DNA of 64,000 nucleotides from a bacterium. Its GTDB lineage: Bacteria > Patescibacteriota > Patescibacteriia > Patescibacteriales > GWE2-39-37. A program made the position numbers and the translations under genes. This document shows positions 29,028-35,046 of the stretch, in pieces; position 1 is the first letter of the stretch; each line of letters opens with the position of its first letter. The notes beneath the pieces were generated by a model. The model was not told the DNA's origin. It saw nothing but the letters and a program-made list of their open reading frames with translations, and did not search any database. The DNA is taken from NCBI GenBank assembly GCA_037146995.1, contig JBAWWA010000005.1:2978-66977 (forward strand). The letters are read 5' to 3'.

Positions 29028-29051
29028 GTGGATATTATAGCAGGTTTTATA

Positions 29052-29927
29052 TTAAAAACGAACCATAGGGCGGAAACCCATCGTGTTATCACGACGACTT
29101 TCTGGATAATAGTTAACATGCGAAAGACCGCCGTCAACAGAAATACCACCATAAAGCCGGTAACCTCCATCATATATGTCACTAAACCATTCGTAATTTG
29201 TGGTCGTGCCCCATTCCTGGTGATGTATATTACCCAGAACATTGAAATCAATCGCACGAGGTAACGTCATCTTATCTGCTTGAACTTTTAATACACTGGC
29301 TAATGTCTCTCGAACTTCTATTTTTTCTAATTCTTTAGCAATAATGCCGAATCTTGAATCCTTTTTCTCAAAATCATCTATTACTCCATCTTGACGTAAA
29401 AGCGCTAACGATTCAGCAAGAATATCATTCTCATACTGCATTTTTTGGCTTGGTTTTTGTCGACCATCAATCAATACCCAACCAGACTTTAATTCGTCTG
29501 AAGTAATAGAAATCTTTCCATCAAGCATACAGTCATAAAACCATTTTTTTGGCCTTTCCCTCCATCCGGGGTAATCTTTATCTTGGCTCATTTCTATTTC
29601 AGGCAAATAATGCAATTCAAAGCCTTGCTCTTTCCATTTCTCCGCCTGTTTAACTGTAATTTCTTCTGGTAATTTAGGCACCTCAATCGGCATACCAAAA
29701 AAGGCTTCGAGTTTTTGCTTCTCTGATTTTATCAATTCACGAAAGTGTAGTTTTTCGTTTATCTCATTGATTAGCTCCAAGGCGTCATTAAAAATAGCAT
29801 AAACCTCGGAAACTTTAGACTCCTTGAAATTTGTTAAGTTCAATTCTTCTAGCTCAACAGCAATCGTATTTTCTTTGGCTTTGAGGAGAAAGAGTTGTTT
29901 TTTTAATTGTGGGCAGTTAAATGTCAT
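29052..29927 (-). CDS. NCPQLK-family protein, subfamily A
   Basis: MTFNCPQLKKQL start, with FFGMPIEVPKLP, ELHYLP, SGWVLIDGRQKP, PRAIDFNVLGNIHHQEW, YRLYGG and a GFRPMVRF end. Confidence 0.85.
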   Translation of the reverse strand: MTFNCPQLKKQLFLLKAKENTIAVELEELNLTNFKESKVSEVYAIFNDALELINEINEKLHFRELIKSEKQKLEAFFGMPIEVPKLPEEITVKQAEKWKEQGFELHYLPEIEMSQDKDYPGWRERPKKWFYDCMLDGKISITSDELKSGWVLIDGRQKPSQKMQYENDILAESLALLRQDGVIDDFEKKDSRFGIIAKELEKIEVRETLASVLKVQADKMTLPRAIDFNVLGNIHHQEWGTTTNYEWFSDIYDGGYRLYGGISVDGGLSHVNYYPESRRDNTMGFRPMVRF

Positions 29928-29938
29928 AATTCAATACA

Positions 29939-30829
29939 TTAAAATCTAACCATAAGGCGAAAACCTAGCATCTTATCTCGAAAATTTGAATCAACAACTC
30001 GAATATCAGAAAGACCACCTGCATCGCTATTTCCACCGCAAAGATGCCGATCATCATCAATCAAACTATCACTAAACCATTCGCGATTCTCTGTATTATC
30101 CCAATCTTGATAATGTAAGTTGCCTAAAATATTAAAATCAATGGCCCTTGGCAATGAGACGTTATCAGGTGACACGGCCAAAACCTCCGCCAGTAATGTC
30201 ATAACTTCAACTTGTTTTAATTCATCAAAACTAATATCATACCTACTTCCAGTGTTTTTTGTTTTAATTTGCCCTGACTTCTCCAACTTAGCCAACGCAT
30301 CTTTAAAACAATCATTCTCATATGAATGGGCATTAAAATTCTGCCCATACGGCTTTTGCCGACCATCAATTAATACCCACCCGGATTTTACTTCATCTGA
30401 ATCAATTGAAAGGCTCCCAAAATTAACAGAATCGTAAAACAAATTATTAGGCTTCTTGGTCCAACCGGGAAACTCCCTGTCATTTGACATTTTAACATTT
30501 GGCAAATAATGCAATTCGAATTGTTGCTTCTGCCAAGCTTCTACCATATCCTTGGTTATTTCAGCTGGTGGGTTTGGCACATCAATCGAAAAACCAAAAA
30601 ATTCATCAAGTTTAGCTTTTTCAGTTTCAATTAAATCCCTAAATGGCATTAGCTCTTTAATTTTATTAATCAAATTACTAGTCTCTTGAAAAGTGTCATA
30701 AACCTTATCAACGTTCGATCGTTCGAAGTTAGTCAAACTCAACTCATCAAGTTCTACAGCAATCATATCTTGCTTAGCGAGTAACTGATGAAGTAATATT
30801 TTAATTTGTGGGCAATTCTTATTTCGCAT
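29939..30829 (-). CDS. NCPQLK-family protein, subfamily A
   Basis: MRNKNCPQIKILL start, with FFGFSIDVPNPP, ELHYLP, SGWVLIDGRQKP, PRAIDFNILGNLHYQDW and a GFRLMVRF end. Confidence 0.85.
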   Translation of the reverse strand: MRNKNCPQIKILLHQLLAKQDMIAVELDELSLTNFERSNVDKVYDTFQETSNLINKIKELMPFRDLIETEKAKLDEFFGFSIDVPNPPAEITKDMVEAWQKQQFELHYLPNVKMSNDREFPGWTKKPNNLFYDSVNFGSLSIDSDEVKSGWVLIDGRQKPYGQNFNAHSYENDCFKDALAKLEKSGQIKTKNTGSRYDISFDELKQVEVMTLLAEVLAVSPDNVSLPRAIDFNILGNLHYQDWDNTENREWFSDSLIDDDRHLCGGNSDAGGLSDIRVVDSNFRDKMLGFRLMVRF

Positions 30830-30842
30830 TTACTTATTTAAA

Positions 30843-31733
30843 CTAAAAGTGAATAAAAAGACGAAAGCCCAAATTGTCACGTTCCTCATTGCAGGCCATA
30901 TTTTTAATATCAGAAAACTTACAATTTCCATAGTTATCACCACTAACCAAATAGTCATTATTCCCAAGTTTATCATTAAACCATTCAAAATTGTAGGATT
31001 TCTCCCACTCCTTATGGTGCATTTGCCCTATTACATTATACTCGATTGCCCTTGGTAGTTCTATTTGACGTAAAGATACCCCTAAAACCTCACTAAAACC
31101 CTGCTTGGCTTCTCCGGTATTCAAGCGCAGTGGATTTGTTCTAAATCTAGTAGTGGCTGTTTGCGAATTATTCCTAATTATACCTTCTTGTCTCATTTCT
31201 GCAATTTTTTCGCCTAAGGCATCATTTATGTATACATCACCTCTGCTATCTGGCTTCTGTGTTGCGTCAACAAGAATCCAACCAGCTTTCAACTGATCTG
31301 CGCTAGCATCAATTTTACCGTTTTTAATATATTTATAGAATGAATCATTGGGCTTTTTCTTCCAGCCAGGAAATACATCTTTTTCGCCCATTTTGATATC
31401 TGGCAAATAATGAAGCTCAAAATTTTGCTCTTGCCACATGGCCATTTTCTCATAGGTCACCTCTGACGGCAAACTAGGCACCTCAATTGTCATGCCAAAA
31501 AACGCCTCGAGCTTTTGCTTTTCTGATTTAATCAATTCATTGAAAGGCAACTTTTCCTTCAATTTTAATACTAAATCACTAGTCTGCTCTAGCATCTTAT
31601 AAACTTCGTCAGCTTTTGCTTGTTTATAGCCACCAGCCAACTGCAGTTCTTCAATTTCTACCTTTAAGGTATTCTGCTTGGCCAAAATAATATGCAACCT
31701 TGATTTTAATTGTAAGCAGAGTTTACTTGCCAT
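30843..31733 (-). CDS. NCPQLK-family protein, subfamily A (degenerate MASKLCLQLK start)
   Basis: The ATG at 31731-31733 places Cys at position 6, as in the other copies. Also has FFGMTIEVPSLP, ELHYLP, AGWILVD, PRAIEYNVIGQMHHKEW and a GFRLFIHF end. Confidence 0.8.
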   Translation of the reverse strand: MASKLCLQLKSRLHIILAKQNTLKVEIEELQLAGGYKQAKADEVYKMLEQTSDLVLKLKEKLPFNELIKSEKQKLEAFFGMTIEVPSLPSEVTYEKMAMWQEQNFELHYLPDIKMGEKDVFPGWKKKPNDSFYKYIKNGKIDASADQLKAGWILVDATQKPDSRGDVYINDALGEKIAEMRQEGIIRNNSQTATTRFRTNPLRLNTGEAKQGFSEVLGVSLRQIELPRAIEYNVIGQMHHKEWEKSYNFEWFNDKLGNNDYLVSGDNYGNCKFSDIKNMACNEERDNLGFRLFIHF

Positions 31734-31805
31734 AAATAATAACATGAATGAATTTTATAAGTTTGGCAGGTAACCAAAAATTTTGCCAACTTTTTTGCCA
31801 AACCA

Positions 31806-33209
31806 CTAAATCATCATCAAGATTAAATAATAAGGAATGTAGTATAATGTCTGTCCATTAACTTCTTTCTTACCCAACTCACTCCTTGTAATTACAACTC
31901 CGAATTCAGTTTTTTTCTTTCTCATATAATCAGTAGTTGGCGTCAAGTCTCTCGGGCTAACACTGTTCGTAAATTTTACCTCAATTGGTAACTGCTTATC
32001 ATCCTGACTCACTAGGAAATCTATCTCCTTTTCACCCTGCCTCCAAAAACTCAAAACCTCACTCATGCCGTTTCCTTTGTATTTTTGAGCCAAAACATTG
32101 TAGACAACATTCTCAATAATCTTGCCAAAAGCCTGAGGAACCTCATCAATATGACTTTCTTTATAATGATTTAGGGCGCAAGTAAAATTCACACATGGCG
32201 TGTAAATCTTTTTTAGTATTCTACCCTGCTTAATCGGACTTTTATGGTATTTATAGAGTATTTCAAAAATATAACTCTCCTTGAGATACTCGAGGTACTT
32301 ATCCAAGGTCGCACGTGACAACGCAATCTCTCTGCCAATATTTGTCTGCTCAAAAACTGAACTAACATTATTCAGCAAATGTCTTGCAATCAATTTAAAT
32401 TCATCAGGTTTGTCAATGCTAAATATTCTAATGCAATCTTCCAAGACCTTGCCAATAACCGATTCTGCAATGTATTCATGCCTCGACTCAACAGTTGGCA
32501 AATGACTTGTTTCGGGAAATTGGCCAGTAACAATATATTCGCGACTCAATTTAGCAACTTCAGCACCATGATAAGCATCATACGAACTTAACTCACCAAA
32601 AAATTCTGGCAACTTCAACAAGTCAAACTGCTCGGTCATTTTAACATTGCCGTAATTAATTCTTGCAAACTCCCTGAACGATAACGGTGGAAGATAATAA
32701 TCAAAAACTCTACCAGCCAAACTTTCTCTAAACTTACCTTTTAGTAAAATGCTTTGGGAACCAGTTACGATAAACTTAATTTTTTTGCCCGACAAATCAT
32801 AGTATCTTTTAAGTACTGACTGCCAATCCTCAATGTACTGCACTTCATCAAGTAAAACATAAACTTTTTCTTGCAATGACAGGCTTGGCTTATTAAGCAC
32901 ATCTTTAAAATACACCGATAACACCTCATCCAAGAACTCTGGCTTTTGTATTTGCGTAGAATAATCAAACAGGAAATAAAAAATATTGTCACGCTTAACA
33001 TCTCGATCAAGCAATTGACCGATTATTTGTTTTAAAATCGTACTTTTGCCAACCCGTCTAAGGCCAACAATATTAAGCATCAGGGGATGATCAAGATTGT
33101 CCTCAATTAAAGAAAATAAATCACGCCGTGGCAATTTAACCTCTTCGATCTGATATTGATCATTTACCCACCATTCATTTTTTAAACTTAACTCCTGCCT
33201 TGTTATCAT
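31806..33209 (-). CDS. AAA_14 / DUF4143-type ATP-binding protein
   Basis: Walker A GLRRVGKST, Walker B VLLDEVQY, and a C-terminal restriction-endonuclease-like region (EIDFLV...IEVK) typical of this family. Confidence 0.75.
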   Translation of the reverse strand: MITRQELSLKNEWWVNDQYQIEEVKLPRRDLFSLIEDNLDHPLMLNIVGLRRVGKSTILKQIIGQLLDRDVKRDNIFYFLFDYSTQIQKPEFLDEVLSVYFKDVLNKPSLSLQEKVYVLLDEVQYIEDWQSVLKRYYDLSGKKIKFIVTGSQSILLKGKFRESLAGRVFDYYLPPLSFREFARINYGNVKMTEQFDLLKLPEFFGELSSYDAYHGAEVAKLSREYIVTGQFPETSHLPTVESRHEYIAESVIGKVLEDCIRIFSIDKPDEFKLIARHLLNNVSSVFEQTNIGREIALSRATLDKYLEYLKESYIFEILYKYHKSPIKQGRILKKIYTPCVNFTCALNHYKESHIDEVPQAFGKIIENVVYNVLAQKYKGNGMSEVLSFWRQGEKEIDFLVSQDDKQLPIEVKFTNSVSPRDLTPTTDYMRKKKTEFGVVITRSELGKKEVNGQTLYYIPYYLILMMI

Positions 33210-33364
33210 ATGGATATGTAATTTATACTAGACATAAATATCTAATTTAAGTATACCGTGCCTACAATATCCCGTCAAGTCATTAAAATATGCTAATATT
33301 ACAATCATTTTTATCAATATTTTTCACAAAAATACAGCCAAAACAGCTCAAAATGACGGTAAAA

Positions 33365-33394
33365 ATCAAAAAAGACCTTCATTTTAAGAAGATC
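33365..33394 (-). terminator. Putative terminator ending the phage late/lysis transcription unit
   Basis: The minus strand reads GATCTTC-ttaaaat-GAAGGTC (7-bp stem with one mismatch) followed by TTTTTT. Confidence 0.4.
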
Positions 33395-33421
33395 TCGTAT
33401 AAAACTAACCATTAAATCTAG

Positions 33422-33748
33422 CTATTCAACCTTAAGCAAGAACGACAGAGCATCTTTGACTCGTGGATTTTTACCACCCAAACTCCACTGTTTAATTTGC
33501 TCAATTGGATGTCGACTCTTAAAATCATAGATTGTGAAAATCAAATCCGGATCACCGTTAATCATAAACGCCCACTCTGCCCTGATCTTCTTATCACTTG
33601 AATACCACTCGCCTTCATGAGAACAGTCGTGTGGCTCACCCAAAACGTTAATCAGTTCTTGAAAGCTGGCATGTACCGTACCGATGCGACCTGATCTGTA
33701 TGTGTCTTGCTTCATGGCTGGTTTCAATGGCAATTGTGCGTAAAACAT
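33422..33748 (-). CDS. Phage hypothetical protein (108 aa)
   Basis: ORF in the phage same-strand block, with no recognised motif. Confidence 0.6.
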   Translation of the reverse strand: MFYAQLPLKPAMKQDTYRSGRIGTVHASFQELINVLGEPHDCSHEGEWYSSDKKIRAEWAFMINGDPDLIFTIYDFKSRHPIEQIKQWSLGGKNPRVKDALSFLLKVE

Positions 33749-33752
33749 AATT

Positions 33753-33932
33753 TTATAATTGACTATTTAAATCCTCAATAACAATTTTTATTATCTCCTT
33801 TTTTGTTCGACTCTTGCCCCTATAATATAAATTCTCATAGATCGCTACGTGAGCATCAATATTCTCACTGATTATCTCGAGCAAGCTCGTGCCATTACGA
33901 ATATCATCTCTAAGCGTTTTCTTTTTTATCAT
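33753..33932 (-). CDS. Small phage hypothetical protein
   Basis: An internal ATG (MIKKKTLRDDIRNG...) was chosen. The N-terminal extension in the ORF track is Arg-rich and overlaps the upstream gene. Confidence 0.4.
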   Translation of the reverse strand: MIKKKTLRDDIRNGTSLLEIISENIDAHVAIYENLYYRGKSRTKKEIIKIVIEDLNSQL

Positions 33933-34101
33933 TGCTTTGATATTTAAACTTAAGCACCGAATAATTAGTAATAATTTTCTTGACCGTCTCCTGATCAATC
34001 TTACCGAGTTTGGCCACCATCTGAAAATCAAACATATTGGTCTTGCCCGATAGCCTGACTTTTTCAAACGCCTCAAATTGTTGCTTTGAAATATTAATCA
34101 T
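33910..34101 (-). CDS. Small phage hypothetical protein
   Basis: An internal ATG (MINISKQQFEAFEKVRLSGK...) was chosen. Confidence 0.4.
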   Translation of the reverse strand: MINISKQQFEAFEKVRLSGKTNMFDFQMVAKLGKIDQETVKKIITNYSVLKFKYQSNDKKENA

Positions 34102-34177
34102 ATTGCGTTGGATGTTACCGTAGTAAAAAAACCTTGGCAAGAGCCGAAACCATTGCCAAGGTTGCACGTATATTTGC

Positions 34178-34633
34178 CTATTTTTTGAACACATTCGAAC
34201 TTACCAGACTGCGGACAAACATAATATCCATATTCTTGCCTGGGCACGTCTTTTGAGCATAAGCCGAATGAAACACGATATTGTCCTTATTAATCCCATA
34301 ACTTTTGACTAATTGCTTAAGCAAATCCCGCAATGCGTAAATCTGCTCCGGTGTAGGTTTTTCAATATCGAAATTGCCATCCAAACATACATGAACACAT
34401 TGCCCGCTGTTCATATTCGCCTGATAACAAGCTGCTGTTTGCTCACCGTCTTGTCTTGCTTGTCTCTTTAAGCCTGACTTGGCAATCTCATAATTATAAC
34501 CAAGGTAAAAGCCCATTGAACTCTTAAAATTCCATTGAGCCTTGTGATAATTATTGTTCGCTTCAAACTGATCAGCGTTTAGCGTATACGAAACCGCCGA
34601 ATGATGGATCATGATAAATTTAGGTTTTTGCAT
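34178..34633 (-). CDS. N-acetylmuramoyl-L-alanine amidase (Amidase_2/PGRP-type endolysin)
   Basis: IMIHHSA..., ...HVCLDGNF... and ...HSAYAQKTCPG are hallmarks of the zinc amidase_2 fold. It follows two small membrane proteins. Confidence 0.8.
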   Translation of the reverse strand: MQKPKFIMIHHSAVSYTLNADQFEANNNYHKAQWNFKSSMGFYLGYNYEIAKSGLKRQARQDGEQTAACYQANMNSGQCVHVCLDGNFDIEKPTPEQIYALRDLLKQLVKSYGINKDNIVFHSAYAQKTCPGKNMDIMFVRSLVSSNVFKK

Positions 34634-34634
34634 A

Positions 34635-34868
34635 TTAGTGTCTTAAAAATTCGTAAATTAGATTGGCAATATTACCAAGCCCCAAAAGACCTAAAAGCCA
34701 CTTGAGATTTTTAATTGTTGTGGAAACTTCAATCCTAAAGGCGGTGTTTTTCATAACATTGCCATTAGTAAAATCAAGTCTTTTTTTAATCTCATCATGC
34801 TCGCTTGAGTTACCATCTTTAAAATCGTTTATTTTGTCGAGAATTAAATCGAGTTTGCTGGTTGCCAT
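34635..34868 (-). CDS. Lysis-cassette membrane protein (77 aa, C-terminal TM)
   Basis: Start is MATSKLDLILDK (ATG at 34866-34868). The C-terminal LKWLLGLLGLGNIANLIY is hydrophobic. Confidence 0.5.
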   Translation of the reverse strand: MATSKLDLILDKINDFKDGNSSEHDEIKKRLDFTNGNVMKNTAFRIEVSTTIKNLKWLLGLLGLGNIANLIYEFLRH

Positions 34869-34869
34869 A

Positions 34870-35034
34870 CTATTGATTGCCAAAATATTTTTTATAGAAA
34901 CCTCGGGCAAAAAACACCCCAACACCGACCAGCATTAAAACCGACCCAGCGATAAGATCAGTCTTGATCAGACTGACACCTGTGCTAACGAAGATAACGG
35001 CAACCGTAAGTAAAAACTCTTTTGTGTAATCCAT
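34870..35034 (-). CDS. Holin-like protein (54 aa, two TM helices)
   Basis: Manual translation gives MDYTKEFLLTVAVIFVSTGVSLIKTDLIAGSVLMLVGVGVFFARGFYKKYFGNQ*. It is too short for the ORF track. Confidence 0.55.
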   Translation of the reverse strand: MDYTKEFLLTVAVIFVSTGVSLIKTDLIAGSVLMLVGVGVFFARGFYKKYFGNQ

Positions 35035-35046
35035 ATGTTTTATTAA

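Noticed and set aside
12304-31745. A diversity-generating retroelement (DGR) acting on the FGE/CLec-like C-termini
   Set aside because: No reverse-transcriptase-like ORF exists anywhere in the window. I also found no template/variable repeat pair with adenine-specific differences. The copies differ throughout their length, as ordinary paralogues do. An RT elsewhere in the genome cannot be excluded.
12304-31745. The N-terminal Cys of the NCPQLK motif as a lipoprotein lipobox or signal-peptide cleavage site
   Set aside because: The Cys sits at residue 3-7 with no preceding hydrophobic h-region. It is followed by a charged amphipathic helix, so the sequence is not a Sec or lipoprotein signal.
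12304-31745. The array as a set of alternative virion receptor-binding proteins sharing an N-terminal anchor
   Set aside because: This is not fully excluded, but it is disfavoured. The array is separated from the tail module by the lysis cassette, a terminator and an unrelated ATPase. It also contains AAA/VWA genes not used in tail assembly, and a dedicated tail fibre already exists at 35047-37293.
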